DNA of 64,000 nucleotides from Acidobacteriota bacterium (GCA_963663035.1 OY760074.1:1856001-1920000), one strand, 5' to 3'; shown: positions 10,974-20,806, numbered from the stretch's first letter. The notes: generated by a model from the letters alone, not told the origin. Made by a program: numbers and translations.

Positions 10974-11560
10974 TAGGCAATAATGGTGGATCCGCCGTAG
11001 ACTCGATCGCCCTTGTGGACAACGACCTCACATTCGGGGGGTAGAGCAATATCGACGCGACTCCCGAACCGGATCAACCCTATCTTATCACCTTTTTGGA
11101 CATGAGCTCCTTCCTGGCTCCAAACTCTGATCCGCCGAGCCAGCATTCCCGCGATCAAGGAAAAAGTCAGCTTCTGCTTGCCAGCAATGGTGATCGTCAT
11201 GTGCTCATTCTCCACCGAAGCGCGGTCGTCGTAGGCCAGCAGGAACTTCCCAGGCCGATAATCCTTCTTGATAATCGTCCCCTCCAGGGGCGCCCGGTTG
11301 ATGTGCACGTCCAGGAGGGAAAGAAAAATACTCAAGATCGTATCTTCACCCTTCTGAAGCAGGCGAACGACTTTCCCGTCGGCTGGACTCACGATGGCCC
11401 TGGGGTCCTCAGGAATGGACCTCTCCGGGTCTCGAAAGAAATAAACAACAAACAGGCAGAGGACAAAAAGCGCAAGAGCCACCCAGAGGAACCCGGCCCA
11501 GAAACAAAGGAATACCAGGGCAGCGAGAGGCGTCAAAAAATAGTAAGCGTCCTTAGCCAT
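10955..11560 (-). CDS. psd: Phosphatidylserine decarboxylase (short type)
   Basis: FFRDPER, SPADGKV, DVHINRAP, RFGSRVD self-cleavage site; likely start MAKDAYY at 11560. Confidence 0.92.
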   Translation of the reverse strand: MAKDAYYFLTPLAALVFLCFWAGFLWVALALFVLCLFVVYFFRDPERSIPEDPRAIVSPADGKVVRLLQKGEDTILSIFLSLLDVHINRAPLEGTIIKKDYRPGKFLLAYDDRASVENEHMTITIAGKQKLTFSLIAGMLARRIRVWSQEGAHVQKGDKIGLIRFGSRVDIALPPECEVVVHKGDRVYGGSTIIAYWKENS

Positions 11561-11647
11561 TGTTGGAGGCAGAAAAAAAGCCCGCTGCACGACTGGCTCC
11601 AAGCCTTGCAAGCGGGCTACAAATGAACTTCACTCAATGTGGACTAG

Positions 11648-11856
11648 TCCGCATTATGCATAGGTTTTCGTAGCGAAGTGGCGCAAGCGCCACGCTGACA
11701 AGGAGCCCAAGGGGTACCCGCTTGCGGGTCGCACAACGCAGGCGTACTCTTGCAGTACGCCGAGGAGCCCAAGGGGTACCCGCTTGTGCGGGTCGCACAA
11801 CGCCGTCAGCGTGGATGATTGCGACACTGTAGCAGAAAATTTATGCATGATGCGGA
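11648..11856. mobile_element. MITE-like element family A copy 2 (209 bp, opposite orientation to copy 1)
   Basis: TIR TCCGCATTATGCATAGG...TTTATGCATGATGCGGA; flanks CTAG/CTAC; internal direct repeat of AGGAGCCCAAGGGGTACCCGCTTG(TG)CGGGTCGCACAACGC; abuts the stop of the 11857 gene. Confidence 0.85.
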
Positions 11857-12087
11857 CTACTCCTGGGCCTGGCCAGTTCGATAACGCTGAATCCGTACCT
11901 GCATCTGATCCTTCACTGCCAGCTTCTTCTTCTTGATGATGGTTTCCTCGAATCTGTCCGTCTCGTTGAGAAAAGATCTGCTCTGTAATTCCTGAAGTTG
12001 ATCTTCATAGCTCCGGTGTCGCTGCACCAGTTGACGGAATTCCTGGTCGTTGTTGAGCAGATAATCTTTGGTCTCCACCTCACTCAT
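11857..12087 (-). CDS. YdcH/DUF465-family small coiled-coil protein
   Basis: 76 aa, EFRQLVQRH...KKKKLAVKDQM; GAGGAGG RBS upstream. Confidence 0.8.
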   Translation of the reverse strand: MSEVETKDYLLNNDQEFRQLVQRHRSYEDQLQELQSRSFLNETDRFEETIIKKKKLAVKDQMQVRIQRYRTGQAQE

Positions 12088-12200
12088 ATTCAGTGGCCTC
12101 CTCTGAAAAATGGTTTGTTTGACTAACAGGTTTCGGTAGGTTGCAGTGCATCCTTATGCTCGTAATTCTAATATAGCAACTCCCCGCAAGCAAGCCAAGA

Positions 12201-13259
12201 TCATCGCTCCACCGAAAAGCGACTGCGGCGGCGATGCCTTTCCATCCCCAGGTCGATCAGTTTATCCAGGAGTTCAGGATAGGGAAGCCCAGACGCCTCC
12301 CATAGTCTTGGGTACATGCTGATGTCGGTAAACCCCGGAATGGTATTGGCCTCGCTGACCCAGAACTGGCCGGTCTTCTTGTCCATGAGGAGGTCTACGC
12401 GAGCCATACCCTCCAACTGCAGGGCTTTAAAGGTTGCCAGGGCAAGCTCCCTCACTCCCTGCCCTTGCTCCTCAGAAAGAGGGGCTGGAATCAGAAGCTG
12501 ACTGTCCTGGTCGTGATATTTCGCCTCGTAGCTGTAAAACTCCCTCGAAGGAATGATCTCGCCTGCCATGGAGACTTCAGGCTGGCTGTTGCCGAGCACC
12601 GCAGTTTCAATCTCCCGAGCCTCGATTCCTTCCTCAATCACAATAAAGTCGTCGTAGCGGAAGGCAACTTCAATATGCTCGCTCAACTCATCCCTATCCT
12701 TGCTCTTATTGATTCCAACGGAAGACCCGAGATTGGCTGGTTTGACGAAGACGGGATAATGCAGCTGTTGCTCCAGGAGCTCCAGGAAATCCTCCGCTCC
12801 TTCCTGCCATTCAGCCTGGCCAAGAGAGAGAAAGGGCAGGACCGGCAAACCCGAATCCATCAAGATCTCGTTACTATGGATCTTGTTCATACCTACTGCT
12901 GACCCCCCCACACCGGCGCCAACGTAGGGGATATCGAGAACTTCCAGCGTCCCCTGAACGGTCCCATCCTCCCCAAAGGGACCGTGCAGCGCAGGGAAAA
13001 CGACGTCCGGCGCAGGATCCAGATCCAGCAACAAACAGACCCAGTGCTTGCCGGAGGGAAAATGATACTGCGGACTCGAGTCCAACCCGAGCTTGTCCCG
13101 GGTAGCTTCCGGGGAGTAAAGCGAACCATCCTTTTGAATTCCCATCACTGAAAGCCGGTACTTTTCCTGGTTCAGGCGACTCAGGATCGATCTGGCCGAC
13201 AAGAAAGACACCTCATGTTCGGCCGATCGTCCCCCGCACAGAACGACTACATGTTTCAA
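12201..13259 (-). CDS. ddl: D-alanine--D-alanine ligase
   Basis: GGRSAEHEVS, LHGPFGEDGTVQG, KPANLGSSVG, EANTIPGFT. Confidence 0.96.
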   Translation of the reverse strand: MKHVVVLCGGRSAEHEVSFLSARSILSRLNQEKYRLSVMGIQKDGSLYSPEATRDKLGLDSSPQYHFPSGKHWVCLLLDLDPAPDVVFPALHGPFGEDGTVQGTLEVLDIPYVGAGVGGSAVGMNKIHSNEILMDSGLPVLPFLSLGQAEWQEGAEDFLELLEQQLHYPVFVKPANLGSSVGINKSKDRDELSEHIEVAFRYDDFIVIEEGIEAREIETAVLGNSQPEVSMAGEIIPSREFYSYEAKYHDQDSQLLIPAPLSEEQGQGVRELALATFKALQLEGMARVDLLMDKKTGQFWVSEANTIPGFTDISMYPRLWEASGLPYPELLDKLIDLGMERHRRRSRFSVER

Positions 13260-14230
13260 AGAATCCTCTTCCCCAAACCCGAGCAGATCAGCTCGACTCC
13301 CAGTAAACCTGTCATATTTCCCTTGTCCAGGACGGGATTGACTTCCACACAGTCCAGCGCCAGCAATTGGGCACTGTCGGCAATAATCTCCATAGCCAGA
13401 TGACTCTCCCGGTAGGTCATCCCACCGCGAACGGGAGTCCCGACACCAGGGGCCTCCTGGGGATCGACAACGTCTAAGTCCAAGCTACAATGAAACCCGG
13501 CGGTGCCGTCCGTGGCCCTTTCCACAGCCTCTTCCATAACGGCTCTCATGCCTCGCATGTCCAGCTCCTTCATGGTGATCACCCTTAAGCCAGCTTTCTG
13601 AATTTTGGGCTTTTCCCGAGCATCAATGCTGCGAGCCCCAATGACCACCCCATTCACACCATTCACCTTGGGCGAAAATCCCTCAATTTCACTCAGTTCT
13701 GTGGGCTTCAGCCCTAAAACAGCGGCCAGGGGCATTCCATGGACATTCCCCGAGATACTGCTCTCGGGAGTATTCATATCGGTATGAGCGTCGATCCAGA
13801 TTAACCCGATCTTCTTATTCTGTTTCCGAAAAAAGGAAGAAGTTCCGGCAATGCTTCCGGCGGCTACGGAGTGATCTCCTCCCAAGATGAGGGGGAATTT
13901 GTTCTCTTCCAACGTCTCACCAACACGACCAGCTACAAGCTTGCAAACCTGGGCAATCTCCTGGAGGAAAACCTCTCTTTGCTCGCCACGAACAGCCTTT
14001 TCCGGGATCTTGACCTCGAGATCCCCTCCCTCTTCTACTTGGAAGTTCACTCCTTCAAGCTTCCGGTGTAAACCTCCGATTCGAATGGCGGAGGGTCCCA
14101 TGTCCACTCCCCGACGACCGGCTCCCAGGTCCATGGGAACACCGATGATTCGGACAGTTCTTCCGTCACCCGGTTTGGGGGTGCCCGAAGGGCTCTCGGT
14201 GCCACGCTGAGGTAGAGTTCTTTTTTTCAA
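13256..14230 (-). CDS. rocF: Arginase
   Basis: GGDHS, DAHTDMN, HGMP, SLDLDVVDP, EVNP. Confidence 0.93.
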   Translation of the reverse strand: MKKRTLPQRGTESPSGTPKPGDGRTVRIIGVPMDLGAGRRGVDMGPSAIRIGGLHRKLEGVNFQVEEGGDLEVKIPEKAVRGEQREVFLQEIAQVCKLVAGRVGETLEENKFPLILGGDHSVAAGSIAGTSSFFRKQNKKIGLIWIDAHTDMNTPESSISGNVHGMPLAAVLGLKPTELSEIEGFSPKVNGVNGVVIGARSIDAREKPKIQKAGLRVITMKELDMRGMRAVMEEAVERATDGTAGFHCSLDLDVVDPQEAPGVGTPVRGGMTYRESHLAMEIIADSAQLLALDCVEVNPVLDKGNMTGLLGVELICSGLGKRIL

Positions 14231-14275
14231 ACGGGCTGGTTGGACAGCTTGCTATGGTGATCAGGAGAAAGGCAT

Positions 14276-14542
14276 CTAGGAAGCAAAGCCGTTCAGGTGC
14301 TTCGTCAGTCTGGACTTATACCGTGCGGCAGTATTGGAGTGAATGATGCCTTTTTGGGCGGACCGATCAATCACCGCATGCACTTCCCTCAACATGCCCC
14401 GAGCATCATCTATTTTCTTCTCGCTCAAGAGCTGTCGGAACCTTTTAATCTCTGTTCGCATCTGACTGCGCCTGCGGCGATTCACTTCTCTTCTCACCAC
14501 ATTTTGCCGCATTCGCTTTGCAGCCGACTTTACATTAGGCAT
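14276..14542 (-). CDS. rpsT: 30S ribosomal protein S20
   Basis: MPNVKSAAKRMRQN...KGIIHSNTAARYKSRL. Confidence 0.97.
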   Translation of the reverse strand: MPNVKSAAKRMRQNVVRREVNRRRRSQMRTEIKRFRQLLSEKKIDDARGMLREVHAVIDRSAQKGIIHSNTAARYKSRLTKHLNGFAS

Positions 14543-14562
14543 ATGCTGTTCTCAGTGGGCTT

Positions 14563-14592
14563 ATTATAAGGACTTGCTGCGACAAGTGTCAA
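14563..14592 (-). promoter_or_regulatory. Sigma70-type promoter for rpsT inside the holA 3' end
   Basis: Minus strand TTGACA-N18-TATAAT, ~20 nt upstream of the rpsT ATG. Confidence 0.75.
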
Positions 14593-15511
14593 CGATCATC
14601 CGTTCCAGATGAAGCTTGGGATCGGTGCTCGTCGTCTTGCACAAGCGGTCAGTCTCACGGAGGCCAATCAGTATCTCCACCAGAATCTCATACGAATAGG
14701 CTCGGATTTCCCGCTCCTTGTCCTTGTAACTCCAGATTTTCAATTCAGGCAGGATGGAGCGAAAAGGTCGCCCGCCTTTTAACATCTCCTGGGCAACCAG
14801 GACTCGACGGAAATTCCAGTAGAGCATCGAGATGATCTGTGGAGCGGTCATCCCCGAGCCGCAAAGTCGATCCAGAATGCGCAGCGCTCCTTTCGAGTCA
14901 CGGCCGGCAATGGCATTGATCAGAGAGAAGACATCGTACTCTCGCGCTTGACGAGTCATCCGAAGCACCGAGTCGAGGGTGATCTTTCGACTCTCAAGAT
15001 CCCAGAGAAACTGTTTTTCAAGCTCGGACTCCAGCTGCTGATAATTCTCTCCTATGAGCTCCAGCAAAGCCTCTGCCGCACGAGGATCCATGTCATACCC
15101 CTCTCTCTTGGCCCTGCTCTTGACCCAGCCCAGGGGGTCCGTTTTTTCCGGCAGCTCTATGAGGGGAAGACTTGACCATGTCCGCGACCGCCTCCTGACC
15201 TCCATAACCAGGCTGGTACGAGAAGAAGGACTCTTCAAATACTCACTTAACTTCGCAGCTGCCAGATCCGCATTTCTCACGTAGATCCAGCGACGAGGTC
15301 CCATCCAGGGTAAGGTTCTTGCAGTGTTCAGCAGTTCCGCGACGGAATCCTTGTCAAGATCATAGACTCTCCAGTTGAAGGTTCGGAACTGTTCTTCGAC
15401 CTGACTGCGGCACAACTCGTACACTCTCTTCTTGAGGTAATCCTGGTCGGTGATCAGAAGATACACAGGCTCGGGAGATTGGATTGTCTTTTGGAACTTG
15501 GAAAAGTCCAT
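14564..15511 (-). CDS. holA: DNA polymerase III delta subunit
   Basis: PVYLL, FNWRVYD, TLPWMGPRR, ELEK; leuS-lptE-holA-rpsT synteny. Confidence 0.85.
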   Translation of the reverse strand: MDFSKFQKTIQSPEPVYLLITDQDYLKKRVYELCRSQVEEQFRTFNWRVYDLDKDSVAELLNTARTLPWMGPRRWIYVRNADLAAAKLSEYLKSPSSRTSLVMEVRRRSRTWSSLPLIELPEKTDPLGWVKSRAKREGYDMDPRAAEALLELIGENYQQLESELEKQFLWDLESRKITLDSVLRMTRQAREYDVFSLINAIAGRDSKGALRILDRLCGSGMTAPQIISMLYWNFRRVLVAQEMLKGGRPFRSILPELKIWSYKDKEREIRAYSYEILVEILIGLRETDRLCKTTSTDPKLHLERMIVDTCRSKSL

Positions 15512-15533
15512 GACTGGCTTTAGCCCGGCTTAG

Positions 15534-15724
15534 CCCGCCTTTCTCACACCAGGTCTACTGCATCGGCGCAATGATCCGACCTGCCTGCGTTGCTCTCGGT
15601 CGGCCTCCTCAACGTACTCAAGAGTACGTTTGCGGGGGGTCGACCCGCAAGCGGGTACCCCTCGCGCGCCTTGCCAGGCCGGCCCTTTCGCCGCTTCGCG
15701 ACGACCCGGCGTGAGAAAGGCGGG
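15534..15724. mobile_element. MITE-like element family A copy 3 (191 bp) with a divergent but self-complementary TIR
   Basis: TIR CCCGCCTTTCTCACACCAGGTC / GACCCGGCGTGAGAAAGGCGGG (20/22); same internal core as copy 1; flanks TTAG/CTAG; abuts the lptE TAG stop. Confidence 0.85.
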
Positions 15725-16339
15725 CTAGAAACTCTCCAGAACAGTGGTGACCACACTGGCAGCGAAATCATCGGCAATCCGCTCCAGAGCAGGATTGAGC
15801 TCTGAGAAGAAGTTCCGCACATCGACGTTGATCACATACTGTTCGCGGAAGAGATAGCTGCCACTGAGAAGCACCTCTCCTGTTGCCTGCTCCCGCAGCT
15901 CCACCTTTGAATTGAGGGTGACCAGAAAGGTGGAACCGAAACTCCCTTGGCTAAAAGTGACGGGACTGACACTCACCCCGGAAAGCACACCTTCAAGGAT
16001 TCCATCGGCCTGGGACGGATCGGTGATCACACGATAACTGGACCTCTCGACCAAGGCTCGAATGAAGGATCGAGTCAGGATCTGCTCCACTTCAAAAGTG
16101 GAGGTCTCATTCACAAAGGGTAAGACAGCAATTGTGCTCAATTGGGGAGCCATTCGATTCTTGCTGGCCACCCGATAGCCACAGGCGAGTTGAACCACCA
16201 GCAACAGAAGGACTGCAACTCGTGGGAGGCACCTCAGGTGCCAAATCCCTGTACGTGGGAGGCACCTCAGGTGCCAAATCCCTGCTTTTATGCTGTCCTG
16301 CGTGGGAGGCACCTCAGGTGCCGAATTCCTATGGGGCAT
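15725..16339 (-). CDS. lptE: LPS assembly lipoprotein LptE-like
   Basis: Lipobox LACGY, IAVLPFVNET, between leuS and holA; the N-terminus contains REP-derived repeats. Confidence 0.8.
   Translation of the reverse strand: MPHRNSAPEVPPTQDSIKAGIWHLRCLPRTGIWHLRCLPRVAVLLLLVVQLACGYRVASKNRMAPQLSTIAVLPFVNETSTFEVEQILTRSFIRALVERSSYRVITDPSQADGILEGVLSGVSVSPVTFSQGSFGSTFLVTLNSKVELREQATGEVLLSGSYLFREQYVINVDVRNFFSELNPALERIADDFAASVVTTVLESF
16222..16322 (+). repeat. Three tandem 21-bp REP-like palindromes GTGGGA-GGCACC-TCA-GGTGCC
   Basis: Copies at 16222, 16255 and 16302; identical to copies at 28824 and 45477 (reverse). Confidence 0.9.
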
Positions 16340-16345
16340 GTCTTT

Positions 16346-16373
16346 GAGTCCTGTCTCCTACCTCCTGCCTCCT
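16346..16373. repeat. Heptamer array at the leuS stop
   Basis: GAGTCCT GTCTCCT ACCTCCT GCCTCCT. Confidence 0.75.
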
Positions 16374-18850
16374 CATACAACAATATTGACCAGCTTTTGA
16401 GGCACAACGATAATCTTTCGAATCGTCTTCCCCTCGATGTAGGCCTTGGTCTTTTGGTCATCCAGGGCAAGGGTCTGCATCTCCTCTTCAGAAATTCCCG
16501 GTAAAGCTGAAACCCTGGAGCGAACCTTCCCATTCACCTGGATGATGATCTTGACCTCCTCTTCCCGAGCTAACTCTGGGTCGAACACGGGCCAAGGAGC
16601 GAATGTCAAACGCTCTGCCTGTCCCAGGGTTTCCCACATCTCCTCGGCAAAGTGGGGTGCAAAGGGAGATAAGAGAAGGGCTGTGGTCTTCAAGACCTCC
16701 TTCAACATGGCCGGATCCGGCTGATCTTCCCGATCCGCATACTCGTAGATTGAATTCAACAGCTCCATGATGGCTGCGATGGCCGTGTTCTGACGAATCC
16801 GCTCCAGGTCATTGGTGACCTTCTGGATGGTCTGGTGCAGCTTTCGTTGCAGAGCTCTCCCCGGTTCGGACAACTCCTCTCGGCTGACCGATGAGGCGGT
16901 GGCATCTGGACTCATTTCTTCCACAATTCGATGGAGCAACCTCCAAAGCCGCTTCAGAAAGCGAGAGCAGCCCTCCAAGCCTTGATCACTCCAATCCAGA
17001 TCCCGTTCCGGCGGAGCGGCAAACTGAATGAAGAGACGCAGAGCATCGGTTCCATATTCACGTACGACAGACTCGGGCGACACAGTATTCCCTCGGGACT
17101 TACTCATGGCCATGCCCTCCTGGAGCACCATTCCCTGGGTAAAGAGACGCTTAACCGGCTCACCGAAGCCAGTCAGCCCGAGATCCCGCATCAGCTTGGT
17201 GAAGAAGCGCATGTAGATGAGATGTAAGATCGCATGCTCAACACCTCCGATGTAAATATCAACTGGAAACCAGTATCGAACAGCCTCGTCCCGCACCGGT
17301 GCGGAGTCGATCTGAGGGTCCGTGTAGCGGTAGAAATACCAGGAGCTGTCCACAAACGTGTCCATGGTATCCGTCTCTCTCTGGGCCTTCCCCTGACATT
17401 TCGGACAGCTTGTGTTGAGGAATTCCGGGATTGTGGCAAGCGGTGACTGCCCCAGCTGGATAGTCTCCACTTTGGGCAATTTCACCGGGAGATCCTCCTC
17501 GGGAACAGGAACCGCACCGCACTTCTGGCAATGAACGATGGGGATCGGAGTGCCCCAATAACGCTGACGGCTGATGCTCCAGTCCCTCAGCCGGTAACTC
17601 ACAGCTGCTTCACCAAACCCTTGAGCCTGAGCGTACTCAACCATCTTTTTCTGAGCCACTTCCGAGGAAAGCCCGGAAAAAGACTCGCTGTTGACCAGCA
17701 CACCATCGTCCACAAAAGCCTGCTCCAGATCGGGACCAGCATCCTGGTCCTGGGACTGAATAACCTGGCGAATACTCAAATCGTAGTTCTTTGCAAAGTC
17801 AAAATCGCGCTCGTCATGGGCGGGAACAGCCATGATGGCCCCCGTCCCATATTCCATCAAAACAAAATTGGCGATCCAGATGGGGATTCGCTCCCTGGTG
17901 AAGGGATTGATGGCATAGTGTCCCGTGAAAACCCCCTTCTTCTCTGTTTCCTCGGCGGTACGCAGTGCCTTCCCCTGACGACGGATTGCCTTCACGAATC
18001 GTGACAACTCCTCACTGGATTGCGTATCGTCCATCCAACCTCGGACCAACTCGTGCTCAGGCGCCAGAACGACAAAGGTGGCACCGTAGATGGTATCCAA
18101 ACGAGTGGTGAAGATATCGAGTCCATCTCCTTGAGTATCAGCCAGTGGAAAGGTCACCTGAGCCCCTACAGACTTTCCAATCCAGTTCCGCTGCATACTC
18201 TTCACTTTCTCCGGCCAATCTTCTAACTGATCCAGATCCTGCAGCAGTTGCTCGTTGTACTCTGTAATGCGAAAGCACCACTGCTCGAGCTCCTTCTCGA
18301 TGACCAAAGTTCCATCCCGCCAGCAGCACCCCTCTACTACCTGCTCATTGGCTAAAACCGTCTGGCACTGCTCACACCAATTGACGGTCCCTTTTCGTTG
18401 GTAGGCCAGACCCTGTTTGTACATTTGGAGAAAGAACCACTGAGTCCACCGATAATACTCCGGCCTACAAGTCGCAATCTCGCGCTCCCAGTCATACGTC
18501 CAGCCCATCTGCAGGCACTGCTTTCTCATGATGGCAATGTTGTCCATCGTCCAACGTTCCGGAGGAATTTCGTTCTTAATGGCAGCGTTTTCTGCAGGCA
18601 ATCCAAAAGCATCCCACCCTATGGGATGCAAGACGTTAAATCCCTGCATGCGCTTGAATCGGGCGATGGAGTCTCCCAGGGAGTAATTACGGACGTGACC
18701 GATATGGAGAGCTCCTGAAGGATAGGGAAGCATTTCCAGCACATAATACTTGGGAAGGGTGGAATCCTCTCGAGCGGCAAACTCCTGGGCCTGTGCCCAG
18801 CGTTGCTGCCACTTCATTTCGATTGCTTGAAAGTCGTAGCGCTCGTTCAC
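16373..18850 (-). CDS. leuS: Leucine--tRNA ligase
   Basis: MLPYPSGALHIGH, GTGAIMAVPAHDERD, MSKSRGN. Confidence 0.97.
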   Translation of the reverse strand: MNERYDFQAIEMKWQQRWAQAQEFAAREDSTLPKYYVLEMLPYPSGALHIGHVRNYSLGDSIARFKRMQGFNVLHPIGWDAFGLPAENAAIKNEIPPERWTMDNIAIMRKQCLQMGWTYDWEREIATCRPEYYRWTQWFFLQMYKQGLAYQRKGTVNWCEQCQTVLANEQVVEGCCWRDGTLVIEKELEQWCFRITEYNEQLLQDLDQLEDWPEKVKSMQRNWIGKSVGAQVTFPLADTQGDGLDIFTTRLDTIYGATFVVLAPEHELVRGWMDDTQSSEELSRFVKAIRRQGKALRTAEETEKKGVFTGHYAINPFTRERIPIWIANFVLMEYGTGAIMAVPAHDERDFDFAKNYDLSIRQVIQSQDQDAGPDLEQAFVDDGVLVNSESFSGLSSEVAQKKMVEYAQAQGFGEAAVSYRLRDWSISRQRYWGTPIPIVHCQKCGAVPVPEEDLPVKLPKVETIQLGQSPLATIPEFLNTSCPKCQGKAQRETDTMDTFVDSSWYFYRYTDPQIDSAPVRDEAVRYWFPVDIYIGGVEHAILHLIYMRFFTKLMRDLGLTGFGEPVKRLFTQGMVLQEGMAMSKSRGNTVSPESVVREYGTDALRLFIQFAAPPERDLDWSDQGLEGCSRFLKRLWRLLHRIVEEMSPDATASSVSREELSEPGRALQRKLHQTIQKVTNDLERIRQNTAIAAIMELLNSIYEYADREDQPDPAMLKEVLKTTALLLSPFAPHFAEEMWETLGQAERLTFAPWPVFDPELAREEEVKIIIQVNGKVRSRVSALPGISEEEMQTLALDDQKTKAYIEGKTIRKIIVVPQKLVNIVV

Positions 18851-19420
18851 TCAGTCCTCAGTTCCTTTGACCTTTGAGAGCACGATTCCCTTTTGGGCCT
18901 GATACTTCCCTTTCCTATCTCGATAAGAGATCTGACAAACTTCACTAGCCTCAAGAAAAAGGAGCTGCGCAATTCCCTCTCCGGAATAGATCTTAACAGG
19001 AGCTGACCCGGTGTTAGAGATGGATAGGGTGGCATGTCCTTCCCATTCCGGCTCAAAAGGGGTTACATTAACGAGCACTCCACATCTCGCATAGCTGGAT
19101 TTTCCGGTACAGATCGTCAAGATATCGCGAGGTATTCTAAAGTATTCGACTGACTGAGCCAGCACAAACGATCCTGGGGGAACCACACAATGCTCCCCTT
19201 CGAAATCATCAAAAAGCTGGCCGTGAACATTCTTTGGATCCAGTACTTCGGACTGCCCTTCCCGGCAGATTTTGTATTTTCGATCGACTCGAAAGTCATA
19301 TCCATAGGAGGAGATCCCGTAGGAAATTTCCCCTTCTTGGGCTAGAGATTCCTGAAAGGGCTCGATCATGTGCTGCTCCCTGGCCATGCGAGTGATCCAG
19401 TGATCTGGTTTGATGCCCAT
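18851..19420 (-). CDS. dcd: dCTP deaminase
   Basis: ISYGISSYGYD, GKSSYARCG, PFEPEWEG, EGIAQ; start MGIKPDHW at 19420. Confidence 0.95.
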   Translation of the reverse strand: MGIKPDHWITRMAREQHMIEPFQESLAQEGEISYGISSYGYDFRVDRKYKICREGQSEVLDPKNVHGQLFDDFEGEHCVVPPGSFVLAQSVEYFRIPRDILTICTGKSSYARCGVLVNVTPFEPEWEGHATLSISNTGSAPVKIYSGEGIAQLLFLEASEVCQISYRDRKGKYQAQKGIVLSKVKGTED

Positions 19421-19487
19421 AGGCTTGTCTTCCGGCTGCAGGAAAAGCAGAAGTTTATCTGAATTGCCAGCCCAAAGTCCAAAGTGG

Positions 19488-19516
19488 TTGACAGAGCTTT
19501 TGAAGACAAGTATAGT
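19488..19516 (+). promoter_or_regulatory. Sigma70-type promoter for the HU/IHF gene
   Basis: TTGACA-N17-TATAGT. Confidence 0.75.
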
Positions 19517-19549
19517 CAAATTAATCATTTAAAGAGGAACGAAGAAGCA

Positions 19550-19819
19550 GTGATTAAACAAGATATTGTCAGTCGCGTCGCCAACCGGATGGGCATTACG
19601 AAAGTGAAAGCCGAAGTTGCCGTTGACTCCTTTTTCAATGCTCTCAAAGAGGCTATGAAGAAAGGCGAACGCATCGAGCTGAGAGGTTTCGGGGTCTTTG
19701 TTGTGAAGCCTCGCAAGAGCGGCATCGGCAGAAACCCAAGAACAGGGGCCGAAGTCCCAATTCCTCCTGGAAAGACCGTCCGGTTCAAACCAGGCAAGGA
19801 AATTCGATTCAGCCAATAG
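19550..19819 (+). CDS. HU/IHF family DNA-binding protein
   Basis: ELRGFGVF, GRNPRTG, VRFKPGK; GTG start at 19550. Confidence 0.95.
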   Translation: MIKQDIVSRVANRMGITKVKAEVAVDSFFNALKEAMKKGERIELRGFGVFVVKPRKSGIGRNPRTGAEVPIPPGKTVRFKPGKEIRFSQ

Positions 19820-19825
19820 CAGATT

Positions 19826-20806
19826 TTGAGCTGGAATTCTTCTCTCCCATCTGAGACACCTTCACAGCCCCCTCTGTTCACCTACCAACCGTCTCCGCCT
19901 CCCGCCAAGACCAAGGTTTTGCTTCCAGCCCTATTATTTCTGGGCACCATAGTCACGACCTTAACGGCCGGCTACATTCTCCACCTCAACTTCGTCGGCC
20001 AGGGGGCCGTGTGGGCCCGACTCACTGGAGTCTTCTCTCATCCCCTGGATCTTTTACAGGGACTTCCCTTCGCCTTTACAATATTGGTGATCCTGCTGGC
20101 TCATGAACTGGGCCACTATCTGACCTGTCGTTATTATGGAATTGACGCCACCCTTCCCTACTTGATCCCCGCTCCCCCACCATTCCCCTTCGGCACCTTC
20201 GGTGCCGTGATCAAGATCCGATCCCAGTTCCCGAACAAACGCCAACTCTTCGACGTGGGGGTCGCCGGGCCTGTGGGAGGATTCATCTTTATCATTCCGG
20301 CCTTAATTGTTGGACTGCAGCTGTCAAAACCGTTCATCTTGACGGATTCCGCCCTAGGCTCCTATGAACTGGGTGAGCCCTTGATCTTTTCTCTGGCTGC
20401 CATGTTCTTCTTTCCGGGTGAAGCAGGCACCACTATCAGCCTGCATCCCATCGGATTTGCCGCATGGTTTGGAATGCTGGCCACCAGCATTAATTTACTT
20501 CCGATTGGGCAGTTGGACGGAGGCCACATGGTGTACGGGCTTTTTGGAGAGCGGGCTCACCGAATCATCTCCCAGGTAAGCTTCGCCGCACTGATTGGAA
20601 TCAGCCTGTATTCCTGGCCAAACCTAGGCTATCTGGTCTTTACCTTGGTTCTCCTTTTTATAGGTTTCCGCCATCCCAGACCTATCACTGAGTTTGGCCA
20701 AATGGGACGAGGGCGGCTGCTGGCTGCGTTGATTGGTTTGATCATCTTCATTCTGACCTTCATGCCCATCCCAGTCCGCGTCATTCAGCACGTGGGTCGG
20801 TTGTGA
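19826..20806 (+). CDS. Site-2 protease (M50) membrane metalloprotease
   Basis: HELGH, AGP, NLLPIGQLDGGH. Confidence 0.93.
   Translation: MSWNSSLPSETPSQPPLFTYQPSPPPAKTKVLLPALLFLGTIVTTLTAGYILHLNFVGQGAVWARLTGVFSHPLDLLQGLPFAFTILVILLAHELGHYLTCRYYGIDATLPYLIPAPPPFPFGTFGAVIKIRSQFPNKRQLFDVGVAGPVGGFIFIIPALIVGLQLSKPFILTDSALGSYELGEPLIFSLAAMFFFPGEAGTTISLHPIGFAAWFGMLATSINLLPIGQLDGGHMVYGLFGERAHRIISQVSFAALIGISLYSWPNLGYLVFTLVLLFIGFRHPRPITEFGQMGRGRLLAALIGLIIFILTFMPIPVRVIQHVGRL

Noticed and set aside
16222-16322. Possible mini-CRISPR array
   Set aside because: Gaps are only 12 and 26 nt and partly identical, the unit occurs singly elsewhere, and there are no cas genes
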